Part shown: positions 55,980 to 64,000 of the stretch, piece by piece
Position numbering within the stretch: the stretch's first letter is position 1
Layout of the letters: every line of letters starts with the position of its first letter
Source of the DNA: Candidatus Bathyarchaeia archaeon
GTDB taxonomy: Archaea > Thermoproteota > Bathyarchaeia > Bathyarchaeales > Bathycorpusculaceae
DNA: 64,000 nt
NCBI GenBank assembly: GCA_038882975.1
Contig: JAVZNE010000001.1
Span: 184,620-248,619, forward strand
Direction of reading: 5' to 3'
Translations under genes and position numbers: made by a program
The notes under the pieces: generated by a model
Told to the model about the DNA's origin: nothing
The model's database searches: none
What the model saw: the letters and a program-made list of their open reading frames with translations, nothing else

Positions 55980-56417
55980 ATGCAGCTAGAAAGCGACTAT
56001 AAAGTCATTAATGCTGACGGGCTTATTTTGGGGAGAATGGCAAGTATAATTGCCAAACGCTTACTAAAAGGCGAAAAAATAGCTGTTGTAAATGCTGAAA
56101 AAGCCATAATATCTGGCAAAAAGAAAAGCAGGGTCAAAGAAGCAAAAGATTTTCTCGAAGTTGGACATCCGGGAAAAGGTCCCATGCATCCTAGGAGACC
56201 GGATAGAATTCTTAGAAGAACTATTAGAGGAATGCTCCCGTATAAACAGCCGAAGGGTAAGCAAGCCTACAAAAGACTTAGGGTTTTCATAGGTATTCCG
56301 GACGAACTTAAAAATTGGGAGATGGAAACCATAGAAGAGGCACAAGCCAAAAAGCTAACTTGTCCTTACTTCACGCTTGGAGAGCTTGCAAAGGAAATAG
56401 GTTGGAGTGGCGAGTAA
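55980..56417 (+). CDS. rpl13: 50S ribosomal protein L13
   Basis: [36 protein letters not shown]. Confidence 0.95.
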   Translation: MQLESDYKVINADGLILGRMASIIAKRLLKGEKIAVVNAEKAIISGKKKSRVKEAKDFLEVGHPGKGPMHPRRPDRILRRTIRGMLPYKQPKGKQAYKRLRVFIGIPDELKNWEMETIEEAQAKKLTCPYFTLGELAKEIGWSGE

Positions 56418-56418
56418 A

Positions 56419-56829
56419 ATGCCGGCGAAAAAAGTTCTCGTAGTCAGCGGGAAAAGGAAAACAGCCGTGGCACGCGCCGTGGTTAAACCCGGCATGGGAA
56501 GAATAAGAATCAACATGACCCCTCTGGAGATTTACCAGCCGGAAGTTGCCCGCCAAAAAATAATGGAGCCGCTTATACAAGCCGGCGACGAGATTTGGAA
56601 ACAATTGGATATAGACATTAAAGTTTCAGGCGGAGGCTACATGGGACAAGCTGAGGCAGCCAGAATGGCCATTGCAAACGCCTTATTAAAATGGACTAAG
56701 AGCACACAACTGCGCACAGCATTCATTGAATATGATAGAACAATGGTTGTGGGCGATCCTAGAAGGAAAGAGCCTAAAAAGTTTGGTGGTCCCGGTGCAA
56801 GGGCGAGGGATCAGAAGAGCTATAGGTAA
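56419..56829 (+). CDS. rps9: 30S ribosomal protein S9
   Basis: [22 protein letters not shown] ... [17 protein letters not shown] 56419 is used; the track starts at GTG 56407, which overlaps L13. Confidence 0.95.
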   Translation: MPAKKVLVVSGKRKTAVARAVVKPGMGRIRINMTPLEIYQPEVARQKIMEPLIQAGDEIWKQLDIDIKVSGGGYMGQAEAARMAIANALLKWTKSTQLRTAFIEYDRTMVVGDPRRKEPKKFGGPGARARDQKSYR

Positions 56830-57086
56830 TGGAGGTTAAGGCGAAAGTGATTATACCTATAAGATGTTTTACGTGCGGCAAGTTGATTGGCGACAAGTGG
56901 GAGGAGTTCGCACGGAGAGTTAAGATGGGGGAAGACGCTGGCGACGTTTTAGACAGTTTGGGGATAAGAAGGTACTGTTGCAGGCGTATGCTCCTCTCCC
57001 ATGTTGAGATTATTGATGAAGTTTTACGCTTCTATGAGGAAGCAGAAAAAAGAAGAGAAGCTAGAATGCAGTACTATCAACATTGA
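56829..57086 (+). CDS. rpoN: DNA-directed RNA polymerase subunit N (Rpo10)
   Basis: [19 protein letters not shown]...[17 protein letters not shown] overlap with rps9. GTG 56847 is an alternative start. Helical C-terminal extension of about 20 aa. Confidence 0.9.
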   Translation: MEVKAKVIIPIRCFTCGKLIGDKWEEFARRVKMGEDAGDVLDSLGIRRYCCRRMLLSHVEIIDEVLRFYEEAEKRREARMQYYQH

Positions 57087-57100
57087 GGAGTTTATAAAGC

Positions 57101-58354
57101 ATGTCTACAGTTATTGAAGACGTAATTGCAAGAAAGGTTTTCAATAGCCGCGGAGAAGAAACAATAGAGGTTGATGTTATCACCACTTCTGGTTTTGGGA
57201 GAGCCTCAGCACCAGCCGGAGAAAGCCGAGGGAAAGCTGAGGTTGTTTATTACCCACAAGGCGTAGTGGACGAAGCCATCAAGAAGGTTGAAGAACTCAT
57301 ATCCCCAGAACTCATCGGGTTAAATGCTGACTTCCAAGATGATATAGATAAAACCCTTCATGAAATAGACAACACAAAAGACTTCAGAATTATTGGCGGA
57401 AACACAGCCTTCGCAGTTTCTCTAGCAAATGCTGAGGCTGCCGCAAACTCTTACGGTTTACCTCTCTTCCAATATTTGGGCGGGTATGCAGCGCATGAAC
57501 TTCCTTATCCGCTTGGAAACATCATTAGTGGTGGGAAACACACGAGTGGGAAATCCCCGAATATACAAGAGTTCCTAGTTCTTCCACACGGCGCCGGGTC
57601 TTTTCTGGAAGCTGCGACAGCTAATATAAAAATCCACAGGAGAGTTAAGGAAGCTTTAAAGAAGAAGGATAAGCTTTTCAGTGGCGGCAGAAGCGATGAG
57701 GGAGCATGGATTGCAAACATTACAGACTTGGAAGCCTTTGAAATTATGGCTTCGGCATGCGAACAAGTAAGCAACGAACTTGGCTTTAAGTGTGGTTTCG
57801 GCGTTGATGTTGCAGCTTCATCCCTTTGGAACGCTAAGAAGAAGAAATATGTGTATGAGAGAGACGGAAAAGAGTTAGACTCCGGAGAACAGTTGGAGTT
57901 TATTCGACAGCTTATTGAAAAGTATCATCTGGTTTATGTGGAAGACCCCTTCCACGAAGAATGTTATGAAGGCTTTGCAGAACTTACAAAAAGGGTTAGT
58001 AACTGCCTCATCTGCGGCGACGATTTGTTCGTTACAAATAATGAAAGGTTAACCCATGGGATTAAAAAGCGGGCAGCCAATGCCATAATAATTAAAGTGA
58101 ACCAGGTAGGCACACTTACAGATGCCTTGGACACAATTGACACTGCAAAAAGGGCTGGATATGTGCCAGTCGTGTCTCATCGTTCAGGCGATACTTGTGA
58201 TTGGCATATCGCTCACTTAGCTGTGGCGTTTAAATGTCCCATCATTAAGGCAGGTGTGGTGGAGGGCGCAAGAATAGCAAAAATAAACGAGTTGTTGAGA
58301 ATTGAGGAGTTTCTCGGAGAGAGGGCTAAAATGGCTGAACTCCACATTTTATAA
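57101..58354 (+). CDS. eno: enolase
   Basis: [41 protein letters not shown] and SHRSGDT. Confidence 0.95.
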   Translation: MSTVIEDVIARKVFNSRGEETIEVDVITTSGFGRASAPAGESRGKAEVVYYPQGVVDEAIKKVEELISPELIGLNADFQDDIDKTLHEIDNTKDFRIIGGNTAFAVSLANAEAAANSYGLPLFQYLGGYAAHELPYPLGNIISGGKHTSGKSPNIQEFLVLPHGAGSFLEAATANIKIHRRVKEALKKKDKLFSGGRSDEGAWIANITDLEAFEIMASACEQVSNELGFKCGFGVDVAASSLWNAKKKKYVYERDGKELDSGEQLEFIRQLIEKYHLVYVEDPFHEECYEGFAELTKRVSNCLICGDDLFVTNNERLTHGIKKRAANAIIIKVNQVGTLTDALDTIDTAKRAGYVPVVSHRSGDTCDWHIAHLAVAFKCPIIKAGVVEGARIAKINELLRIEEFLGERAKMAELHIL

Positions 58355-58371
58355 CGGAGAGTGAAGCAAAC

Positions 58372-59055
58372 TTGGCTGAAAAAGATAAGGAAGAAGCAAA
58401 AAAGGAGAAGTTTGAAGAGGAAACAAGTGTAAGTGCAGAAGAAGAGCTCTTATTGCCGCGGGACACACTTCTCTCGGCTGGAATCCACATTGGAACCAGA
58501 ATGAAGACTAAAGACATGGAACAGTTTATATACCGTGTTAGACCAGACGGACTATTTGTTTTGGACGTGAAAAAGACTGATGAACGTATAAGAGTGGCAG
58601 CCAAGTTCTTGGCAAGATTTGAATCTTCAAGGATCGCCGCTGCCGCTGCGAGGCTATATGCACAAGAGCCTGTGAAAAAGTTTTGCGAGGCTATTGGCGC
58701 AACACCAATTGTTGGGCGCTTCATCCCTGGGTTGCTTTCAAACCCGCTCTATCCAAATCGTATTGAACCAAATGTGCTAATAGTTTCAGACCCTAGGGCG
58801 GATTCTCAAGCCGTGAGGGAGGCAGCCTCTGTTGGTGTTCCGGTGGTAGCCTTGTGCAGCACTGACAACGACTTTTCCGGAGTTGACCTAGTGATACCCA
58901 CAAACAATAAAGGCAGAAGAGCCTTAGCAGTCATTTACTGGCTTCTTGCGAGGCAAGTTTTGCGCGAAAGAGGTGAACTCCCACCAGATAAGGACATGCC
59001 ACTAACCATCGAGGATTTTGAGGCTAAAATATCAAAAGAGGAAGAGGAGAGCTAA
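58372..59055 (+). CDS. rps2: 30S ribosomal protein S2
   Basis: [29 protein letters not shown] and [13 protein letters not shown] start and a Lys/Glu-rich N-terminal extension. Confidence 0.95.
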   Translation: MAEKDKEEAKKEKFEEETSVSAEEELLLPRDTLLSAGIHIGTRMKTKDMEQFIYRVRPDGLFVLDVKKTDERIRVAAKFLARFESSRIAAAAARLYAQEPVKKFCEAIGATPIVGRFIPGLLSNPLYPNRIEPNVLIVSDPRADSQAVREAASVGVPVVALCSTDNDFSGVDLVIPTNNKGRRALAVIYWLLARQVLRERGELPPDKDMPLTIEDFEAKISKEEEES

Positions 59056-59061
59056 CCTGAA

Positions 59062-59910
59062 ATGGCGAAGATTCGGCTTCCGAGCCAGGCTGGAGCCTTC
59101 TACGCTGGAAAAGCCGAATCGTTGAAGAGGCAGATTGAAGAGTGCTTTCTACACGAGTTAGGACCGGGTAAAATCCCAACAGTTGTTGAAGGATCGAGGC
59201 GCATAGTTGGTCTTGTTTGCCCCCATGCTGGATACATGTATTCTGGACCTGTGGCGGCCCACGCCTATTACAATTTGGCTTCTGATGGTAAGCCAGACAC
59301 TGTTGTGCTTTTTGGCCCAAACCATACTGGTTATGGTAGTGCCTTGGCCGTTATGAACGAGGGCTTTTGGCGCACTCCGCTTGGCGATGTTGAGGTGGAC
59401 GGGGAAACAGCCAACAAGATTGTTAAGGAAGCTCGCATTGTTGATGTTGATGACTCGGCTCATCGATATGAGCATTCGATTGAGGTGCAGCTTCCATTTC
59501 TACAGTATCTTTTCGGCTCAGCGTTCAAAATTGTGCCCATATGCTTTTTGATGCAGGATTTGCACTCCTCAAGAGAAGTTGGGCGCGCTGTTGCAAGGGT
59601 TTTGGCTGGGAAAAACGCCTTAATTATAGCTTCTTCAGACATGACTCATTACGAGCCGCAGAAAGTGGCTGAAAAGAGGGATATGTTGGCGATTAAGGCT
59701 GTAGAAGCAATGAACGAGGAGCGTTTCTACTCGATAGTTGAAGAGCATAGGATTACCGCTTGTGGCTATGGTCCTATAGTGGCCCTTATAACGGCTGCAA
59801 AAGCTTTAGGGGCGAGAGAGGCAAAATTATTATGTTATAAGACTAGTGGAGATGTTACTGGCGACTACTCGGCTGTTGTTGGGTATGCCGCCGTCCAATT
59901 CACAAAATAG
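59062..59910 (+). CDS. MEMO1-family protein (AmmeMemoRadiSam system protein B-like)
   Basis: PSQAGAFYAG, CPHAGYMYSGPVAAHAY, GPNHTG and HSIEVQLPFLQY. Confidence 0.8.
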   Translation: MAKIRLPSQAGAFYAGKAESLKRQIEECFLHELGPGKIPTVVEGSRRIVGLVCPHAGYMYSGPVAAHAYYNLASDGKPDTVVLFGPNHTGYGSALAVMNEGFWRTPLGDVEVDGETANKIVKEARIVDVDDSAHRYEHSIEVQLPFLQYLFGSAFKIVPICFLMQDLHSSREVGRAVARVLAGKNALIIASSDMTHYEPQKVAEKRDMLAIKAVEAMNEERFYSIVEEHRITACGYGPIVALITAAKALGAREAKLLCYKTSGDVTGDYSAVVGYAAVQFTK

Positions 59911-59919
59911 TGGTTTAGG

Positions 59920-60903
59920 ATGGGAGTTATCGCTTCAGCTCCCGCGAAAATAATACTTTTCGGAGAACACTTCGTCGTTTACGGCGAACCCGCCATAGTC
60001 CTGGCTATAGACAAAAGAGCCTACGCAAGAGCGGAACTACGAAAGGACAAGAGGCTTTTTCTACGCTCTTTAAACTTAAATGTCGCTGGATTTTTCGAAA
60101 ATGGGAACTTTAAAATTGAAGAAGGAAACCCAAAAGAGGCAAGAATGAAGCTTGAACCGCTCAAATGTGCTGTGGAAAAAGTTCTGGAGATTTCAGGAGA
60201 GAGGGTGGGCTTAAACATAGAGGTTAACTCAACCGTTCCAGTCGCAGCTGGTTTAGGGTCCTCGGCGGCTGTGGCTGCTGCCGTGACAGCAGCTGTCGGC
60301 GCCCTACTAAATGTGAAAATGTCAAGGGAGGATATTTTCCGCATAGCCTACAAAGCCGAAAAAATAATGCATGGCACGCCTTCGGGCGTTGACCCAGCAA
60401 TATCAACCTTTGGAGGCACTCTGCTTTTCCAAATAGACACGGGATTTAAGCCTCTAGACGTCAGGGCGGACATCCCGCTTGTTATCGGCAACACAGGCGT
60501 TGAAAGGTCAACGCGGAGCCAAGTGACGAAAGTTCGAAGCTTAAAGGATCGTTACCCACAGATTGTTGAGCCTATGATGAGGTCTGCCCGTGAAATAGTC
60601 TTAAGAGCCATCGAAGCCTTAAAAGAAGGCGATTTGGAAACCCTTGGGGAACTAATGAACATAAACCATGCACTGCTTTATGGATTGGGGGTTTCGGACG
60701 AGTCTTTAGAGTGGCTTATTAACGCCGCCCGCAAGGCTGGAGCATTAGGCGCAAAACTGACGGGGGCTGGTGGCGGCGGGTGCATGATAGCCCTTGCAAG
60801 CAAGGATAGAGTCGAAAATGTTTTGGAGGCTGTTCAGAGGGCTGGGGGAAGCGCTTTCATAGCGAGAAAAACGGATGAGGGGGTTAGAATTGAGCCAACC
60901 TAG
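59920..60903 (+). CDS. mvk: mevalonate kinase
   Basis: APAKIILFGEHFVVYG, the GHMP motif VPVAAGLGSSAA, and KLTGAGGGGCMIAL. Confidence 0.9.
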   Translation: MGVIASAPAKIILFGEHFVVYGEPAIVLAIDKRAYARAELRKDKRLFLRSLNLNVAGFFENGNFKIEEGNPKEARMKLEPLKCAVEKVLEISGERVGLNIEVNSTVPVAAGLGSSAAVAAAVTAAVGALLNVKMSREDIFRIAYKAEKIMHGTPSGVDPAISTFGGTLLFQIDTGFKPLDVRADIPLVIGNTGVERSTRSQVTKVRSLKDRYPQIVEPMMRSAREIVLRAIEALKEGDLETLGELMNINHALLYGLGVSDESLEWLINAARKAGALGAKLTGAGGGGCMIALASKDRVENVLEAVQRAGGSAFIARKTDEGVRIEPT

Positions 60904-61690
60904 ACCAACTGTTCTGAAGATTGGCGGCTCTGTCATAACCGATAAAAGCAAAGAGCTTGGTGTTCAAATGGAAGCCATAAGCCGAATAGCAGACGAAATA
61001 CTGGAGGCAAATACTAAAAACCTAATAATTGTTCATGGAGGCGGAAGTTTTGGTCACCCGGTAGCGCAAAAACATGCCATAAAAGAGGGTTTTAAGGAAG
61101 AATCCCAAATAATAGGGTTTGCAGAAACTCACCATGTCATGACCGTGCTTAACGGGCTTTTTATGGACGCCTTAATATGGCGGGGCGTTCCAGCGGTGAG
61201 CATTACGCCTTCTTCATGCATTATGACGCAGAATGGCAGAATAATTTGTTTTGAAGATTCTCCTCTAAAACAGCTTATGAAAATGGGCTTTATTCCAGTT
61301 CTTTACGGAGACGCTGTTTTTGACACAAAGTTGGGCTTTACAATCTTATCTGGGGACCAGCTTGTCGCGTTCTTAGCCATGCAGTTCAACGCAAAAAACA
61401 TCGTGATAGGCGTTGATGTGGATGGATTATACAACGCTGACCCAAAGACAAATGAGAAAGCCAAAATGTTCGACCGTTTAACTTTGGCGGAGCTTAGGAA
61501 TGTTCAGAAACTTTTAGGCGGGTCCAACGCATGCGACGTGACTGGCGGAATGGCAAATAAAATTGCTGAGCTTATACCCGCAATAGAACATGGTATTCCC
61601 GTTTTAATGGTCAATGCTACAAAGCCCAAATATATCTATAAAGCCCTTAAGGGAGAAAGGGTTAAGGGCACAATTATAGAGAAGGAATAA
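60875..61690 (+). CDS. ipk: isopentenyl phosphate kinase
   Basis: VLKIGGSVITDK, IIVHGGGSFGH, and DVTGGM. The true start may be TTG 60890, with GAGGGGG 7 nt upstream. Confidence 0.9.
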   Translation: MRGLELSQPRPTVLKIGGSVITDKSKELGVQMEAISRIADEILEANTKNLIIVHGGGSFGHPVAQKHAIKEGFKEESQIIGFAETHHVMTVLNGLFMDALIWRGVPAVSITPSSCIMTQNGRIICFEDSPLKQLMKMGFIPVLYGDAVFDTKLGFTILSGDQLVAFLAMQFNAKNIVIGVDVDGLYNADPKTNEKAKMFDRLTLAELRNVQKLLGGSNACDVTGGMANKIAELIPAIEHGIPVLMVNATKPKYIYKALKGERVKGTIIEKE

Positions 61691-61693
61691 GGT

Positions 61694-62797
61694 TTGGCTG
61701 AAAAAACCAGAAAGCGTAAGGCAGACCACATCCGCATAGCCACAACCTACAATGTCCAAGCAAAGAACATCACAACAGGATTTGAAGACGTGCACCTCGT
61801 TCACAGAGCCCTACCGGAAATCGATAAGGACAAAATAAATCTTTCAACAACGGTTTTCAACCACAAGTTTTCCGCGCCAATAATTGTAAGCGCCATAACT
61901 GGCGGAACAAGTGAAGCTAGGAAAATTAACGCGACAATAGCCACGGTTGTTGAGGAATTTGGGCTTGGAATGGGTGTTGGAAGCCAAAGGGCAGCACTAG
62001 AAGATCGAAGGCTTGAGAAAACCTTCGCCATAGTCAGAAAAAAGGCGCCCACAGCCTTTTTAATGGCGAATATCGGTGGAATTCAGCTTGCCAAGGGATA
62101 CAACATTAAAGAGGCAAAGAAAGCCGTAGAAATGATTGACGCTGACGCCTTAGCTATACATTTAAATCCTCTCCAAGAGGCAGTGCAACCAGAAGGTGAA
62201 ACAAACTTTAGGGGAGTCCTTGAAAAAATAGGCGAGATTGTTAAGGAACTAGACAAGCCCGTCATTGTGAAAGAAACAGGGGCTGGTATAGCCGCTGAAG
62301 AAGCGAAAAAGCTTGAAGCTGCTGGAGTGATGGGCATTGATGTGAGTGGTGCCGGTGGCACAAGCTTTGCTGCAGTGGAATATTTTCGTGCGAAGGGTAG
62401 GAGAAGCATTTACAACAGAAGGCTAGGCGAAGTTTTCTGGGATTGGGGAATACCCACAGCAATAAGCATAGTTGAAGTTGCACAAACAGTCAACATACCG
62501 GTCATAGCCTCCGGTGGAATAAGAAGCGGACTGGACGCGGCTAAAGCCCTAGCTTTGGGGGCAAGCCTCGCGGCTCTTGCACAACCAGTTTTGCAGGCGG
62601 CTGTTGAAGGCTTAAGACAAACAAGAAAGACATTACGCACGTTGATAGAAGAGCTTAGGAACACCATGTTCCTTGTTGGAGCGGAAAACATTCAGCAATT
62701 GCATAAAGTGCCATTGGTAATCACTGGGAAAACAGCTGAATGGCTGAAGTTGAGAGGCTTTGACACAGAGGTTTATGCAAGAAGGGGTGAGGGCTAG
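61694..62797 (+). CDS. fni: type 2 isopentenyl-diphosphate delta-isomerase (FMN)
   Basis: [36 protein letters not shown] and ASGGIR. Confidence 0.95.
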   Translation: MAEKTRKRKADHIRIATTYNVQAKNITTGFEDVHLVHRALPEIDKDKINLSTTVFNHKFSAPIIVSAITGGTSEARKINATIATVVEEFGLGMGVGSQRAALEDRRLEKTFAIVRKKAPTAFLMANIGGIQLAKGYNIKEAKKAVEMIDADALAIHLNPLQEAVQPEGETNFRGVLEKIGEIVKELDKPVIVKETGAGIAAEEAKKLEAAGVMGIDVSGAGGTSFAAVEYFRAKGRRSIYNRRLGEVFWDWGIPTAISIVEVAQTVNIPVIASGGIRSGLDAAKALALGASLAALAQPVLQAAVEGLRQTRKTLRTLIEELRNTMFLVGAENIQQLHKVPLVITGKTAEWLKLRGFDTEVYARRGEG

Positions 62798-62798
62798 C

Positions 62799-63875
62799 TT
62801 GGTTTTCGACATCGAGAAGCTTCTCGAGGAAAAAGCATCCATTATAAACAAAGCCATTGAGAAATATATCCCAAGAATTTTCTCGAAAAAAGCCATAATC
62901 TTTAAGGTTAGCCCGCCGAGATACGCATATAACATTGAAGCCATAAACAAAGCTGTTGCTGAACCCATTTGGGAGTTTTTAGACAGAGGTGGGAAACGGT
63001 GGCGTCCAGCCCTATTCCTGCTTATATGTGAGGCTTTAGGCAAAAATCCTGAAGATTATGTGGATTACGCCATAATTCCCGAAGTTGTGCACAACGGAAC
63101 CCTGATAATAGACGACATAGAGGATGCCTCTGAATTCCGCAGAGGCAAGCCATGCACCCACAGGATTTATGGTTTGGACATAGCCGTAAACGCTGGCAAC
63201 ACCATGTATTATCTCCCGCTATTGCCGTTGATGGAGAACCGTGAAAAGCTGGGTTCCGAGAAGCTGGCGAGGATTTATGAGATTTATGTGCAAGAGATGA
63301 TAAACCTAAGCCTTGGACAAGCCATGGACATAGCCTGGCACAAGGGCTTAGCAGACGCAGACAAACTGGATGAGGAAAATTATTTGCAAATGTGCGCCTA
63401 CAAAACTGGGACTTTGGCGAGGATGGCTGCCAAAATTGCCGCCGTGGTAGCCGACGCCCCAGACGAGCTTATTGAAAAACTTGGGCACTTTGCGGAAAGC
63501 ATAGGCATAGCCTTCCAAATACAGGATGACGTGCTGGATTTGACTGGCAAGGAGTTTGCCGAGAAAAAGGGTGGACGTGGGCAAGACATAACGGAGGGAA
63601 AACGAACTCTTATAGTAATTCACACTTTAAAGGTTGCAAATGCTAAGGACAGGAAAAGGCTTATTGAGATTTTAAAAATGCACACTTCAGACCAGAAGCT
63701 AAGGGAAGAAGCAATAGCAATAATGCAAAAGTATGGCTCAATTGAGTACGCCAAAAACTTCGCCAGAAAAATTGTTGAGGAAAGCTGGAAAGAGGTGGAA
63801 GGGCTTCTTCCAGAATCGGAGGCAAAGGAAAAGTTAAACGCCTTTGCAAGATTCCTTATTGAGAGAAAAATTTGA
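62799..63875 (+). CDS. idsA: geranylgeranyl diphosphate synthase (short-chain trans-prenyltransferase)
   Basis: First DDxxD block LIIDDIEDASEFRRGKP and second block FQIQDDVLD. The track starts at 62760, inside fni. TTG 62799 follows the fni stop and has GGGGTGAGG 8 nt upstream. Confidence 0.9.
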   Translation: MVFDIEKLLEEKASIINKAIEKYIPRIFSKKAIIFKVSPPRYAYNIEAINKAVAEPIWEFLDRGGKRWRPALFLLICEALGKNPEDYVDYAIIPEVVHNGTLIIDDIEDASEFRRGKPCTHRIYGLDIAVNAGNTMYYLPLLPLMENREKLGSEKLARIYEIYVQEMINLSLGQAMDIAWHKGLADADKLDEENYLQMCAYKTGTLARMAAKIAAVVADAPDELIEKLGHFAESIGIAFQIQDDVLDLTGKEFAEKKGGRGQDITEGKRTLIVIHTLKVANAKDRKRLIEILKMHTSDQKLREEAIAIMQKYGSIEYAKNFARKIVEESWKEVEGLLPESEAKEKLNAFARFLIERKI

Positions 63876-63891
63876 AGCGAGTGCCTAAACT

Positions 63892-64000
63892 TTGAACGAA
63901 ATTAGAGAGGACGCGGAATTAAGGGAGACCATTCGAAAGTTTGCATTACTAAACGCCATAAAACATGACGGAAAAGCCCAGACAGGCCCAGTTGTTGGGA
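63892..64000 (+). CDS. gltX: glutamate--tRNA ligase, N-terminal fragment (continues beyond the window)
   Basis: Hand translation from TTG 63892 gives (M)[35 protein letters not shown]. This resembles the archaeal GluRS N-terminus (..irkyALlNA.kH.GkA..g.V.g). The fragment is short, so the call is tentative. Confidence 0.55.
   Translation, partial: MNEIREDAELRETIRKFALLNAIKHDGKAQTGPVVG

Noticed and set aside
57087-57100. rpoK is absent between rpoN and eno, where I recall it sitting in some other archaea.
   Set aside because: Only 14 nt separate the two genes, so nothing is hidden here. rpoK is presumably encoded elsewhere, and the gene order varies among lineages.
59062-63875. The MEMO-mvk-ipk-idi2-GGPP synthase block looks like a biosynthetic gene cluster.
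   Set aside because: This is the canonical archaeal mevalonate and isoprenoid lipid gene arrangement, not a novel pathway.
1-64000. I scanned the whole window for CRISPR arrays, rRNA genes, additional tRNAs (T-loop GGTTCGAATCC-like strings) and C/D-box sRNAs (RTGATGA...CTGA).
   Set aside because: No regularly spaced repeats were seen. T-loop-like strings other than the two tRNAs lie inside coding genes without cloverleaf context. The single intergenic ATGATGA (16571) has no downstream D box.

Overview
This is an archaeal chromosomal segment. Archaeal markers include TFB, aSUI1, RNA polymerase subunits D/N/P, the exosome genes Rrp4/41/42, proteasome alpha, L37Ae/L18e, an intron-containing tRNA and the archaeal mevalonate pathway. 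I cannot assign a lineage by eye. Sampled 60-nt lines in the core gave 38-50% GC (hand counts). About 79 protein genes are dense on both strands, and many internal genes are preceded by GGAGGTGA-type Shine-Dalgarno sequences.

Most of the window is housekeeping:
- tRNA modification genes (Taw1, Trm5, Trm112)
- a 4-gene nucleotide-sugar operon
- guaA and glnA, the latter with a divergent Lrp regulator
- class II ribonucleotide reductase, pncB, thyX, myo-inositol-1-phosphate synthase and ADP-forming acetyl-CoA synthetase
- the conserved block psmA-sdo1-rrp4-rrp41-rrp42-L37Ae-Brix-Pcc1
- the block rpoD-L18e-L13-S9-rpoN-eno-S2-MEMO-mvk-ipk-idi2-GGPP synthase

Three small genes are missing from the ORF track and were found by hand: a partial endonuclease V at the left edge, RNA polymerase subunit P, and a TTG-initiated rubredoxin.

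Two regions stand out:
1. A low-GC island of about 4.5 kb (about 17334-21830; 23-32% GC in sampled lines) begins exactly at the 3' end of tRNA-Leu(GAG) and contains tRNA-Gln. The last 11 nt of the tRNA-Leu acceptor end (ACCCCCCGCAC) recur twice downstream, and each copy lies near a GTTTAWA(A)CTGTCA motif whose outer copies are inverted. This looks like the remnant of one or two site-specifically integrated elements, and no integrase is present. The inner 1.3-kb unit carries a tiny three-gene cassette: a ribbon-helix-helix protein, a DUF5678-like protein and a retropepsin-like aspartic protease. Next to tRNA-Gln is a minimal nucleotidyltransferase fused to a long helical region with HEPN-like R-x4-6-H motifs.
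2. A co-directional oxidative-stress supercluster (33185-37298) is followed by an Lrp regulator and a CopB-type ATPase with a fused TRASH/YHS tail.

All product calls rest on motif recognition from memory. No database search was possible.
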